Part shown: one piece after another, positions 36,818 through 51,465 of the stretch
How positions within the stretch are numbered: position 1 is the stretch's first letter
Layout: every line of letters starts with the position of its first letter
Assembly (NCBI GenBank): GCA_963663965.2
Contig: CAXXFK010000013.1
Span: 32,001 to 96,000, forward strand
Direction: 5' to 3'
DNA length: 64,000 nucleotides
Source of the DNA: Sedimentisphaerales bacterium
Lineage (GTDB): Bacteria; Planctomycetota; Phycisphaerae; Sedimentisphaerales; SM23-30
Made by a program: the position numbers and the translations under genes
Notes under the pieces: model-generated
What the model was told of the DNA's origin: nothing
Database searches by the model: none
What the model saw: only the letters and a program-made list of their open reading frames with translations

Positions 36818-39800
36818 ATGAACATTTTTTCAAAATGCCATGTGATAAGGGTTTGTCTGTATACGCTTCTCATCGGCCCGATCCTTGGCGGCATTACGAT
36901 AGCGCAAACCACTCGAATTTCCGGAACAGTAACGGGTCTGGTCGAAGATCCCGCTACCGGGACATATACGGTTGTTCCAATGCCACATATGATCATCCGG
37001 GCCAGTGGCAAGGAAAGCACCCTGTATTTCTGGGGATTGCGCACGGGCGGAGTTACCGGTTGGACCATGGGAACGGAATGGAATTTTGGAACGCCTTTGG
37101 GACGCGGTTCGAACTGTTTCGATCCGCTTTCGGGAGCTACTGGCAATTTTGTCTATGGCAATAATTTTCTGACCGGGGATTATACCGGACAACTCAATGA
37201 AACGAATTATCTGACTACTGCCCCGATCGATTGCACGGGAATGACCCATGTGCGTTTACGTTTCAAGCGATGGTTGGGGGTTGCCGGCCGCCAGGGGATG
37301 GTCAACGATAATGCGGTCGTCGAGGTTTCCAATGATGGCGAAGTCTGGGATCTGGTCTGGATGAATCCGCAGAGTCCGCTTTGTGATCAAAGCTGGCAAA
37401 CCGTTGAATATGATATTTCCGCCACTGCGGATAATCAAAGTACCGTTTATATCCGCTGGGGCATAGGTCCTAACAACAATCTGTTTGCTCCTTATTGCGG
37501 CTGGAATATTGATGATATTGAACTGCTTACCTATATCAATGGCCAGAACACCGTACCGACCGGAATGGACGGCGCCTACACGGTTGAGATTCCCTGGATA
37601 TACAATGATGTGACTTCGGCCATGGAGGGGTTGTTCTGTAAAGTAAATTACGATTACATCTTAACCAACCTGGAAGATTCCAGGTTCATTCAGCAGGATG
37701 TTGAGGATGGGGCCGTTGTCGATATTGCCTGGGACGATACCCTGTATCAGAATGTCGATGAGGTTAATGTTTACTGGCATATCAATCGGTTGCATGATCA
37801 TCTTAAGGCGATCGATCCGACTTTTACTTTGATGGATTATCCGATACCGGTTGTCTTGAGTAGAGATGGGTTTGGCTGGGACCCCTTGACCGGAATAATC
37901 ACCTTCAGGATTGGCGATGGCAGTCCTTACGAGGCGTGTTTCCAGTATACCCTGGCGACCATGGATAAAATTTACCAGGGATTGGATGTCAGTCAGGATT
38001 TGGAGTACCCGGCGATGCGTATTGCCATAGCCGATTATTATGCCTGTTCAATGACCGGGGCAACGATACCGACTTCGCGTCGAGATACCGATTGGAGCAA
38101 TGAAGCGGCCCAGGATGCCCATATCCTGACCAGCGCGTTGTTGTCCGCGGCGGAGCAGGCCGGTTATGACATCATCGATGAATTGGTGCATTTCGCGCGG
38201 CTTGACCGGCCCCGCAATTTTAATCAGTTTCTGAATGCCATGATCTTGAGGGATGATCAGCGTTATGGCGATAACAAAGTTCAGAACGCCTCGCCCCATG
38301 CCGATGCTATTTTCAACGCCTTTGGCAATAGCGGTATTGGCGGCTTACAGTTTGTCTATGGCAGCTTAAAGGTGATCGATGAAAGCGGCGACAACGATGG
38401 TTTGCTCGAACCGGGTGAAACAGCGATGTTGCAAATCAATCTTCAGAATCGCTGGGCTGACGCCACGGATATCATTGCGGAGTTATCGTCACCGAGCGAA
38501 ACGCTGACTATCACGGATGCGTTTATTGAATTTGGCAATAGTTCTTATGGCGTTGAAGCCAGTAATCCATCCGATGTGTTTGAAGTGTATTTGTCGGATG
38601 AAAGTCCTCTGGATTTAAGTATTCCGCTTACCATAACCATTACGGCCAGCGGTCCCTATGAATATCTGAGGGAATGCCAGCTCCGCTTGACCATAGGGTC
38701 GAACCAGTTTTTCTATGATGATGGCGATTATGATGAATCGGGCGAAGCGGTAAATTCTCCGACCGGTGTGTTTGTTTATTACCCAATGGCGGCTAAATTT
38801 ACGCCGCAGACCTATCCCTATACGGTTGAAGGCGTTCGAATTCTGCCTGGATTTGTTGCCGCTCAAGGTCCGGAACCCAAAGCGCTTTTAATCACCATCT
38901 GGGATGATAATGGCTTTGATGGCGGGCCGGGCGCCGTTCTGGGGACCAAGGAAGTCGAGGTCCATACAAGCGATCTGAATTCGTGGTATGATGTCGATTT
39001 GAGTGAATTCGAATTACAGATCGCTGAAGGAGGCATGTATGTCGGTTGGAGTACATTGGTGCTGGGCGGTGAGGCGCAACCGATCGGTTACGTGAATCAT
39101 TTTGACTATGATCCTCCTTATTATAATCAGACCTATGCGTTTATCGATGATGTCTGGACCAAATCCAGAGTCTGGGTTTTTATGCCAACATGATGGTGCG
39201 CTTACGCGGCTACTCTCCCGGTATTTTCCGATTAAATACCGTCAATGAACTGTATTGGAATCTGGGAGAACCGGTGAGTCACATTCTTGTGACTCAAAAT
39301 GCCGTCGAGCCGTTGCATACCTGGGAAATTCTGGGTGACGATAGCGCTAATGACGCCTGGCAGGAGCAGTCTCATCTGTTTGAAACGACGGGCGTGGCGC
39401 AAAACTGGAGAGCGGATGACGCGGTATGGACTTTGCCGTTGCCTTTTAATTTCCCCTATTTTGGAATCAATTATAACTCTGTCAAAGTTTGCAGTAATGG
39501 ATTCCTGAATTTTGGCGCTACCAACTCGCACGCCAATAATACGTTTGATCGTATGATCGCCAATATCAGAATCGCACCGCTCTGGGATGATCTCAGAACC
39601 GATGGTGATGGCGGCGACATTTTTGTCGATCAATCCCAGGCAGACCGGATTGCCATACGCTGGAAAGCGGTTACGCGCAATCTGGGGGCAGGAATGTAAT
39701 TTTGCCGTTGTTCTTTTCAGCAATGGCGATATCCGGTTCGATTATGGCAATGGTAATTCAGGATTGACGCCGACAGTTGGTATCTCTGCCGGCAATCAGC

Positions 39801-41797
39801 GAGATTATTATATGGCGGCTGGATACGATACCATCACTGATTTGGGCGGTAAAGTATCCATTCTGTTTAAGCCAGGTTTTGTGACTCCGACGAGTCCATT
39901 GCCTCCAGGCATCACTTTTGATGATCAACAGGGAGTTTTATCAGGCGTTCCATCCCGGTTGGGGGATTATGAAGTACGCTTTTCAGTAGGCGATTCCAAG
40001 ATCCCGTCGCGAACCGCGATACGCCGATATCTTATTCATGTGATTGATCGTCAGCCTTTATTCCGAGAGACATTTGAAACCGATCCCATCCAGTTCACGG
40101 TGAATAATTTCTTTGGCGACGGCAAAGGTTTGTGGCACTTAAGTTCGGATTGCTATAATGGCTTGCCTGGTCATAGCCCCGTGCGAAGCATGTATTATGG
40201 ACGTGACGGATTCTGCAATTATGATACTGGTCGTTCTGAAGGGGTCGTTACTTCAGCGCCCATACATATTATGGATGCCGAAAAAGTCGTGTTAACCTTT
40301 AAATATTACTTACAGTCCGAAGGGGATCCCGACTGGGATCATGCCATGGTTGAAGTGTCTGAAAACGGATATCCCTACCAGGTCATCGCTCATAACTATC
40401 CGGATGGGGAAGATGTCGTTAAACTGGTAGATTTTGGTGTTATCAATAATGGTTTCCGCCAATGCTGGGTATCGGGTTTAGTAGATTTGACCCGTTTTGC
40501 CGGATCTGAAATCCGGATTCGATTCCGTTTCCGTACTGTTGATGAAGGAAATAATGCCTATTTTGGCTTTATGTTTGATGACGTGGTTGTCAGATATTTA
40601 AAATCGATCAAAGCAGACTGGCATATTGATAACTTTTTCGATATTAATGATTTGGGCGCCATGGCCCGGTTCTGGTTACAGGAAGATATTGTTGATTACG
40701 ATCTGACTGGAGACCGGCGTGTCGACCTGGCGGACTTGTACGAGTTCGTCATGAAATACTGGTTGAGCCGGTTGAAATATTCTGGTGGTTCCGGATCAGT
40801 CAATAATCCATATCGTATTGCGAAAGCGGAAGATATGACGGAATTAATGAATACTCCGGCTGACTGGGCCTCCCATTTCAAAATTGTTTCTGACATCGAT
40901 ATGAGCGGGGCGGATCCCAATCTGATCGCTATGATCGGTACCGATGATAAGCCATTTACAGGAACCCTGAATGGCCAGAACCGGACTATCGTGAATCTTA
41001 CTTATCCTTTGTTCTGGTCGGCAGATGGTGCTGAGATTAAAGATGTCAATATCACGGATTCAATAATTGTCATTGATCAAGATGGGGTAGCGGTTCTGGT
41101 TTGCAAAGCGGCAAACCTGACTATGATTTCAAATTGTCATATCGACAATTGTGATATCCGGGGTGAGAATACCGTAGGAGCCTTAGTTGGCATTATGGAC
41201 GCCTCTTGTGAAATAGTCCAATGCTCAAGTAATGCATTTGTTTCCGGCCAGACGATAATAGGTGGTTTGGTTGGCCAGGCATCCGGAAATATTGAGCAGT
41301 CTTATACTACCTCAATTGTATCAGCGGTAATTGAACAAGCCGGTGTTATGGCTGGTAATTCTGTAAATGCTTACTATTTAAATTGTTACACTAATGGAAG
41401 TGTTTACGCGCCGATCTTGTCAGGGGGGTTCAGCGGTTTGTCTGATTTCAGTTTATATAAGAGTTGTTATGCGGCCTCCTTAGTCGATTTTGATAAGGAT
41501 GGCGATGAGGTAAATACCACCGTTGCCGGATGTTTCCTGGGTAATGACAGTGATATTGATAATTATAGTGTCTTTGTGACCTGTTTCTGGGATAACACGT
41601 TAAGCTATATCGATGATCATGGGGTCATTCCTGTACGAAGCATCGGTAACCGGGCAACTCCGGTAGAACTCAGAGGACGCAAAACCCAGTTGATGAAAGT
41701 GAAAAGTACGTTTACCGAATATGATTGGGACTTTACCGATGTATGGGCAATACAGGCCGATCACTATCCCGTACTGATGTGGACGTTGCCAGAGTAA
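36818..41797 (+). pseudogene. Secreted multidomain protein (~1660 codons: jelly-roll domains, degenerate M4/M36 peptidase domain, nidogen-like, Ig, dockerin-like, GLUG-type beta-helix) interrupted by two frameshifts; either a real pseudogene or an assembly error
   Basis: GAGGAG RBS, ATG at 36818, Sec signal. ORFs 36788-39193, 39190-39699 and 39587-41797 join seamlessly if AAA at 39161-39163 gains an A (WTKIQSLGFYANMMVR) and G5 at 39684-39688 loses a G (RNLGQECNFAVVLFSNGDIRFDYG). Confidence 0.8.
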
Positions 41798-41838
41798 ATA
41801 ACTGCCTATAAACAAAAGCATTATAGGTTTAACAGGAT

Positions 41839-41870
41839 AATCCGTCGTTCTTTCAGAATGACGGATTTTT
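41839..41870 (+). terminator. Rho-independent terminator
   Basis: AATCCGTCGTTCT-TTC-AGAATGACGGATT followed by TTTATTT. Confidence 0.8.
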
Positions 41871-41879
41871 ATTTCATCA

Positions 41880-41908
41880 TTGACAAACGGTTAACAAAAT
41901 AGCATATT
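41880..41908 (+). promoter_or_regulatory. Sigma70-type promoter upstream of tRNA-Thr/tuf
   Basis: TTGACA-17 nt-CATATT. A second candidate, TTGGAA-16-TATATT at 41973-42000, has an upstream AT-rich tract. Confidence 0.55.
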
Positions 41909-42158
41909 TATTAATCAAGATGAATTGCTGAGAATTATTTTAGAAAAAAATTCATTTTTTTTTAATTTTTCTTTGGAATTTTTAAGGGTTTCAGTATATT
42001 CTATTCCATTCAACTGCAGTGCCAGGGATGGTATCTGTCTTGAAAGTATTTCATAACTTACTATAATTTCATTAAGTTAGGCAGTTTTATGGCGCCTAGT
42101 TAGCCTGAGCCAGGCAGCGAATCTAACTGGTTTGCCATTTGGCCGTCGCTTTATTGAT

Positions 42159-42230
<72 letters not shown>

Positions 42231-42336
42231 TTAGCGTAAAAAACTGGCTGACGGGTCTCGTGACTCGCAAAGCTAAAATTTGTAATAATTGAAAATAACA
42301 TAAGTGAACTCCCTTGTAACAGGAGGCAACCGAACA

Positions 42337-43542
42337 ATGGCTAAAGAGGTATTTGAAAGAACGAAACCGCATGTAAATGTTGGTACTATCGGCCACATCG
42401 ACCATGGCAAGACCACGCTGACCGCTGCAATCACCATGGTGCAGGCTGCTAAAGGCCTGTCCAAGGCGGTATCATACGATCAGGTAGCAAAGGCATCCGA
42501 AAGCCAGGGACGCCGTGACTCTACCAAAATTCTTACGATCGCGACCAGTCACCAGGAATATGAATCAGAAAACCGTCACTATGCCCATATTGACTGCCCC
42601 GGCCATGCTGACTATATCAAGAACATGATCACCGGCGCCGCTCAGATGGATGGTGCGATTCTGGTCGTGTCAGCTGCTGACGGCCCGATGCCCCAGACTC
42701 GTGAGCACGTGCTGCTTGCCCGTCAGGTGAACGTGCCCAAGCTGGTGGTGTTCCTCAATAAGGTGGACCTGGTGGATGATCCGGAACTGCTCGAACTGGT
42801 TGAACTCGAAGTTCGCGAACTGCTGACTAAATATGAATTCGAAGGTGACGACACCCCGGTTATCTATGGTGCGGCGGTTCATGCTTTGAACAATCCCAAG
42901 GATGCAGAGAAAACCAAATGTATTCAGGAACTGATGGACGCTCTGGATTCCTGGATTCCCGAGCCCATTCGTGAAACCGACAAGCCCTTCCTGATGCCGG
43001 TTGAAGACGTGTTCTCGATTAAGGGACGCGGAACCGTAGGTACCGGTCGTATCGAGCGCGGCGTTGTGAAAGTCGGCGAAGAAGTTGAAGTCGTTGGTAT
43101 CGTCCCAACCCGCAAGACCGTAGTTACTGGCGTTGAAATGTTCAACAAAACCCTGGATTTCGGTTCTGCTGGCGAAAACGTAGGTTGCCTGCTCCGTGGT
43201 GTTGAAAAGAGCGAACTGGAGCGTGGTCAGGTTCTGGCCAAGCCCGGTTCCATTACACCTCACACCAAGTTTGAAGGCGAAATTTACGTATTAACCAAAG
43301 AGGAAGGCGGTCGCCACACCCCGTTCTTTAATGGTTATCGTCCTCAGTTTTACTTCCGTACTACTGATATCACCGGCGGTCTCCAGCTGCTCGGCGGCGC
43401 TGAAATGTGTATGCCCGGAGATAATGTAACCGTATCTTGTGAAATTATCGCACCGATCGCCATGGAAGAAGGTCTTCGTTTCGCGGTTCGCGAAGGTGGC
43501 CGTACCGTGGGCGCTGGTGTGGTAACCAAGATTCTGGAGTAG
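42337..43542 (+). CDS. tuf: Elongation factor Tu
   Basis: [47 protein letters not shown] before the ATG at 42337. Confidence 0.99.
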   Translation: MAKEVFERTKPHVNVGTIGHIDHGKTTLTAAITMVQAAKGLSKAVSYDQVAKASESQGRRDSTKILTIATSHQEYESENRHYAHIDCPGHADYIKNMITGAAQMDGAILVVSAADGPMPQTREHVLLARQVNVPKLVVFLNKVDLVDDPELLELVELEVRELLTKYEFEGDDTPVIYGAAVHALNNPKDAEKTKCIQELMDALDSWIPEPIRETDKPFLMPVEDVFSIKGRGTVGTGRIERGVVKVGEEVEVVGIVPTRKTVVTGVEMFNKTLDFGSAGENVGCLLRGVEKSELERGQVLAKPGSITPHTKFEGEIYVLTKEEGGRHTPFFNGYRPQFYFRTTDITGGLQLLGGAEMCMPGDNVTVSCEIIAPIAMEEGLRFAVREGGRTVGAGVVTKILE

Positions 43543-43684
43543 TGGCCTGACTGAATTAAAGCTCGTAAATTGCGGGGGCGATGGACGTTTGAGTCTAATC
43601 GCCCCCGATAATCCCAATGGCCTGACGGGCTTGCATCTGTCAGGCCTGGCGAGTTGAACAAGAGATACCCAATTGGATTAAATT

Positions 43685-43852
43685 ATGGCTAAGAAAGCAA
43701 AACGCGAATACTTCTGGCTGGAATGCACTGAGTGTAGCGAGCGAAATTACCGGACACCCGTTAATATTATGGGCGGAGTTCCCAAGATGGAACTCAAAAA
43801 GTACTGCAAGCGGGATCGTAAACGTACGGTCCATAAATTGCGTAAGAAATAG
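43685..43852 (+). CDS. rpmG: 50S ribosomal protein L33 (55 aa; CxxC...CxxD)
   Basis: Missing from the ORF track; translates as MAKKAKREYFWLECTECSERNYRTPVNIMGGVPKMELKKYCKRDRKRTVHKLRKK. Confidence 0.93.
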   Translation: MAKKAKREYFWLECTECSERNYRTPVNIMGGVPKMELKKYCKRDRKRTVHKLRKK

Positions 43853-43863
43853 ACCTGCGGCAT

Positions 43864-43936
<73 letters not shown>

Positions 43937-43972
43937 TTAACAAACCCGAAAATATTAGTATATGGTGATCGT

Positions 43973-44392
43973 ATGAAGTTTGAATTCTACAAAAAAGGGC
44001 AAGGTTATTATACCAGGTTATGCACCGGTTTGGGCATCGGCTTTTTGTTGATGCTGGGCTGTTTTGCCTTATATAATGCCTTGGGCGTTTTGAACAAGGA
44101 AGGCAGTTCCGCCGGACAGTGGATTCAGATGGGGATTCCGTTTGTCATCTTCGTGGTAGGCGGTTGGGGAGTCTTCAAACTGGTTAACTGGCCCCAATTT
44201 GCCGATTTCATGATTTCCACTGAAGGTGAAATGAAGAAAGTCTCATGGTCGACCAGAAAAGAAGTCATTGGCGCCACCCGGATCGTCATATTTTCAATGT
44301 TCCTTATGTCCATTATGCTGGCGGCCACCGATTTTATCTTTAACTGGGTCTTTACTTCGATCGGTGTTATTTTAGATGTGACCAAAGGTTAA
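43973..44392 (+). CDS. secE: Preprotein translocase subunit SecE (long, three-TM type)
   Basis: YKKGQGYYTR, FADFMISTEGEMKKVSWSTRKE motif; start at the ATG at 43973 because the longer ORF overlaps the tRNA. Confidence 0.93.
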   Translation: MKFEFYKKGQGYYTRLCTGLGIGFLLMLGCFALYNALGVLNKEGSSAGQWIQMGIPFVIFVVGGWGVFKLVNWPQFADFMISTEGEMKKVSWSTRKEVIGATRIVIFSMFLMSIMLAATDFIFNWVFTSIGVILDVTKG

Positions 44393-44405
44393 CAGGAACC
44401 GAACC

Positions 44406-44999
44406 GTGACAGAAAATCAGGGAAATAACGAACTTACCGCTGGCGCCGCCATCAGATTTCACTGGTGCGTGCTGCGTGTTGCGTCCAACCGTGAACAGCA
44501 GGTATGCGAGGCGTTGATTCGTAAAGTGCAAATCGAAAATCTGTCCAGTGAAATTGGCCGGATTCTGGTGCCCACCGAAAAGGTCAAGCGCGTGCGTGGA
44601 TCTCAGTCACGAGTCTATGAGCGAAAGCTGTATCCCGGATATGTGTTCATGGAAATGCGTCTGGAAGAGAATGGCGCGATCCCGGAACGTTCCTGGTTTG
44701 TGATTAAAGAAACCGCCGGGGTCGGCGAATTTATCGGCACCGAAGGAAAACCCAGCCCGATGAATCATGCGGATGTGGCGAAAATGCTGCATCAGGTTGA
44801 CAGTGTGTCCGATTCGCCTTCAATCCAGGTTGAGTTTGCCAAAGGGGATCATGTCAAGATTAAAGGAGGCGCATTTGAGGGATTTGAAGGTACTGTTGAG
44901 GAGATTGACAGTGAAAAAGGCACCATCCGTGTGATTGTCACCATTTTTGGACGGGCGACACCTCTGGATATCGAATATTGGCAGATCGAAAAAGTTTGA
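44406..44999 (+). CDS. nusG: Transcription termination/antitermination factor NusG
   Basis: ILVPTEKV, KLYPGYVF, KOW domain, VTIFGRATPLDIEYWQIEK. Confidence 0.97.
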   Translation: MTENQGNNELTAGAAIRFHWCVLRVASNREQQVCEALIRKVQIENLSSEIGRILVPTEKVKRVRGSQSRVYERKLYPGYVFMEMRLEENGAIPERSWFVIKETAGVGEFIGTEGKPSPMNHADVAKMLHQVDSVSDSPSIQVEFAKGDHVKIKGGAFEGFEGTVEEIDSEKGTIRVIVTIFGRATPLDIEYWQIEKV

Positions 45000-45061
45000 T
45001 TTGACGAGAAACAACCCTCCCGATTATAGCAGGATAGATTACCCTTACTGAGGAAATATAA

Positions 45062-45487
45062 ATGGCTAAAGAAGTTACTGGATTTATTAAATTGCAGGCC
45101 CCCGGCGGCAAAGCGACTCCAGCGCCTCCGATTGGACCGGCTCTTGGTCAGCATGGCGTGAATATCGGACAGTTTGTTTCGCAGTTTAATGAACGGACCA
45201 AAGACATGAACGGGATGACCTGTCCCGTGGAAATTACTGTTTTTGCGGATCGTACGTTTGAATTCATCATCAAAAGTCCGCCCGCGGCCGTTTTATTACT
45301 TAAAGCGGCCGGTATCGAAAAAGGCAGTGGTGTTCCCAATCTGGACAAAGTCGGCAAAGTGACGGCTGCCCAGGTGGAAGAGATTGCCAAAACCAAATTG
45401 CAGGACCTTAATGCTTTTTGCCTGGAACAAGCCTGCAAAATTATCCGTGGTACCGCGCGTAGCATGGGTATTGAGGTTGTTGACTAA
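45062..45487 (+). CDS. rplK: 50S ribosomal protein L11
   Basis: [25 protein letters not shown]. Confidence 0.99.
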   Translation: MAKEVTGFIKLQAPGGKATPAPPIGPALGQHGVNIGQFVSQFNERTKDMNGMTCPVEITVFADRTFEFIIKSPPAAVLLLKAAGIEKGSGVPNLDKVGKVTAAQVEEIAKTKLQDLNAFCLEQACKIIRGTARSMGIEVVD

Positions 45488-45541
45488 ATTTTTAAACGGC
45501 GCTTTGGCGTCGTTCTGCGTGAATATAACATGATGTTAGGC

Positions 45542-45581
45542 ATACCACGGCCTGTGACAGTGGGAGCGAATTATCGCGAGG
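45542..45581 (+). promoter_or_regulatory. Putative L1-binding autoregulatory RNA element overlapping the rplA Shine-Dalgarno
   Basis: ATACCAC (45542-48) and GTGGGAG (45560-66) match the two strands of the 23S rRNA L1 site; followed by hairpin GCGA-ATTA-TCGC and GAGG. Confidence 0.55.
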
Positions 45582-45587
45582 TTTCGT

Positions 45588-46280
45588 ATGAAATTTAGAA
45601 GCAAACGATATAAAAAGGATGCTTCCAGCCAGACCAAAGACAAATTGTCTCTGATTGAGGCGATCGCAAAGGTTAAAGGCTGGCAGACAACCCGTTTTAA
45701 TCAAACGGTTGAGTGTGTGATTCACTTGGGAATCGATCCGCGCCAGGCGGATCAAGCCATTCGCGGCGCGATTTCCTTGCCACATGGTATTGGCAAAACC
45801 CTTCGGGTTATTGCTTTTTGTGATGGCGCCGATGCCGAGGCCGCCAAAGCCGCCGGAGCGATTGAAGCGGCTTCCGATGAGCTGGTGGCCAAGGTTCAGG
45901 GCGGCTGGCTCGATTTTGATGTCGCCATCGCTCATCCCAAAATGATGGGACAGGTTGGCAAACTGGGCCGCGTGCTGGGCCCTCAGGGCAAAATGCCTTC
46001 TCCTAAAAGTGGCACGGTAACACCTAAAGTCGCCGACGCGGTCAAAGAATACGCCGCCGGTAAAGTGGAATTCCGTAACGATAGCGGCGGAAACGTCCAT
46101 GTTCCCGTTGGTAAAGCGAATTTCGACAATGAGAAACTGGCCGATAACATTAATGCGTTTATCGATCGCATCAAGAAAATGAAGCCGTCCAGTTCCAAGG
46201 GAGTTTATATGAAAAAAGTGGCAATTTGTGCCACAATGACCCCTTCGGTTGAAATCGATTTTACCGTTGCCCAATCGTAA
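45588..46280 (+). CDS. rplA: 50S ribosomal protein L1
   Basis: LGIDPRQADQAIRG, LGRVLGPQGKMPSPKSGTVT, GKVEFRND. Confidence 0.99.
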   Translation: MKFRSKRYKKDASSQTKDKLSLIEAIAKVKGWQTTRFNQTVECVIHLGIDPRQADQAIRGAISLPHGIGKTLRVIAFCDGADAEAAKAAGAIEAASDELVAKVQGGWLDFDVAIAHPKMMGQVGKLGRVLGPQGKMPSPKSGTVTPKVADAVKEYAAGKVEFRNDSGGNVHVPVGKANFDNEKLADNINAFIDRIKKMKPSSSKGVYMKKVAICATMTPSVEIDFTVAQS

Positions 46281-46325
46281 CGAATTGACAGCTTATTTAA
46301 AAGATAAAAGATAACGAGGTCTGAT

Positions 46326-46850
46326 ATGAGTAAAACAATAAAAAGTTATCTCCAGAATCAATTTGCCCGGGAGTTTGACCAGGTCCGCGATTTTATGGTT
46401 ATTTCCATGATGGGAATCAAGGGGAAGGATAATAATGAATTTCGCGGTGAATTGCTTAAGAAGAATATTGTTGTTAGAATTGTAAAAAATTCGCTGGCGG
46501 TTCGCGTCTTCGCAGACAATGGCATCGCTGGTTTGGATGATGTGCTGGTGGGGCCCTGTGCGGTCGCTTTTGGCGGTGATAACATTGTTGATCTTGCCAA
46601 GGAACTGGCCGTCTGGGAGAAGAAAATTAAAGCCCTGGAGGTAAAAGGCGCCTGTCTGGAAGGGGAAGCCTTGAATGCCGTCCAGGCCAAATTGGTCGCT
46701 AAGATGAAAAGCCGGGCCGAATTACAGGGCGATGTCCTGGGCGCGGCATTGTCTCCGGGAGCCAAGCTGGTGGGTGCGATTATTTCACCCGCATCGGCCA
46801 TTGCCGGCTGCCTGAAAACGATTATTGACAAGCAGGAAGAAGCGGCTTGA
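46326..46850 (+). CDS. rplJ: 50S ribosomal protein L10
   Basis: IVKNSLA, LVGPCAVAFG; lies between rplA and rplL. Confidence 0.93.
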   Translation: MSKTIKSYLQNQFAREFDQVRDFMVISMMGIKGKDNNEFRGELLKKNIVVRIVKNSLAVRVFADNGIAGLDDVLVGPCAVAFGGDNIVDLAKELAVWEKKIKALEVKGACLEGEALNAVQAKLVAKMKSRAELQGDVLGAALSPGAKLVGAIISPASAIAGCLKTIIDKQEEAA

Positions 46851-47061
46851 TAGATCCTGAATGTTTGCAAAAATGCCGGTTTGAGTTCGCGCAAAGTAAT
46901 TTAACCATGATGATCCTCCCCCCGGCGCACTCAGCCGTTCCGGTTTTATATGGTAATAGAAATATATTAGTTTATTCGATCCGACTGTCCTCTTATGGGG
47001 TTAAACGGAATGGTGTAATTCCGGCCATTGGATCCGAAGTAAATCGATTGGAGTGATATAA

Positions 47062-47463
47062 ATGTCTGAAGAAACCAAAACCTATAGTGATGACATCAAG
47101 GCGCTGGGCGATAAAATTGTTGGACTGACCCTGCTGCAGGCCAAGGAACTGGCCGATTACCTGAAAGAAACCTATGGTATCGAGCCCGCTGCCGGCGCTG
47201 CGATCGTGGCTGCTGCTCCTGCGGCTGAAGGCGATGCTGCTCCCGAAGAAAAGACCAGCTTCAATGTGGTACTCAAAGCTTCCGGCGATCAGAAGATCAA
47301 AGTGATTAAAGAAGTTCGCGGCGCGACGGGTCTGGGCCTCAAAGAAGCCAAGGATCTGGTCGACAACTGTCCCAAGACCATCAAAGAAAATATGTCCAAG
47401 GAAGACGCCGAGAACCTCAAGAAGGTTCTGGAAGAAGTTGGCGCCACAGTTGAATTGGCCTGA
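47062..47463 (+). CDS. rplL: 50S ribosomal protein L7/L12
   Basis: [33 protein letters not shown]. Confidence 0.99.
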   Translation: MSEETKTYSDDIKALGDKIVGLTLLQAKELADYLKETYGIEPAAGAAIVAAAPAAEGDAAPEEKTSFNVVLKASGDQKIKVIKEVRGATGLGLKEAKDLVDNCPKTIKENMSKEDAENLKKVLEEVGATVELA

Positions 47464-47532
47464 TCTTCTTTTGACTGGCAGATTGTCTTAAATTATATCT
47501 TGTAACGGACTCTGAAAGACTGGGAGATCGCT

Positions 47533-51273
<3,741 letters not shown>

Positions 51274-51465
51274 CGGTTACGATAACGATCCCTGAGTGTA
51301 AATTTTATGTTAAGTTAAGCGTTCTCGCAGAATGACCATGAAAACCAGCCCAAAACCAGACACCTGGATAATCCTGCTGGATGAAGGTTGGTTTTGCGAA
51401 CGCTTTGCCCTTTTATATAAGTAAGTGAGAGTAAATTCCGAACTTAACTTAGGAGTGAACCTGCA

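Noticed and set aside
46847..47056. 69-aa ORF between rplJ and rplL
   Set aside because: TTG start overlapping the rplJ stop, no family resemblance; more likely a non-coding spacer
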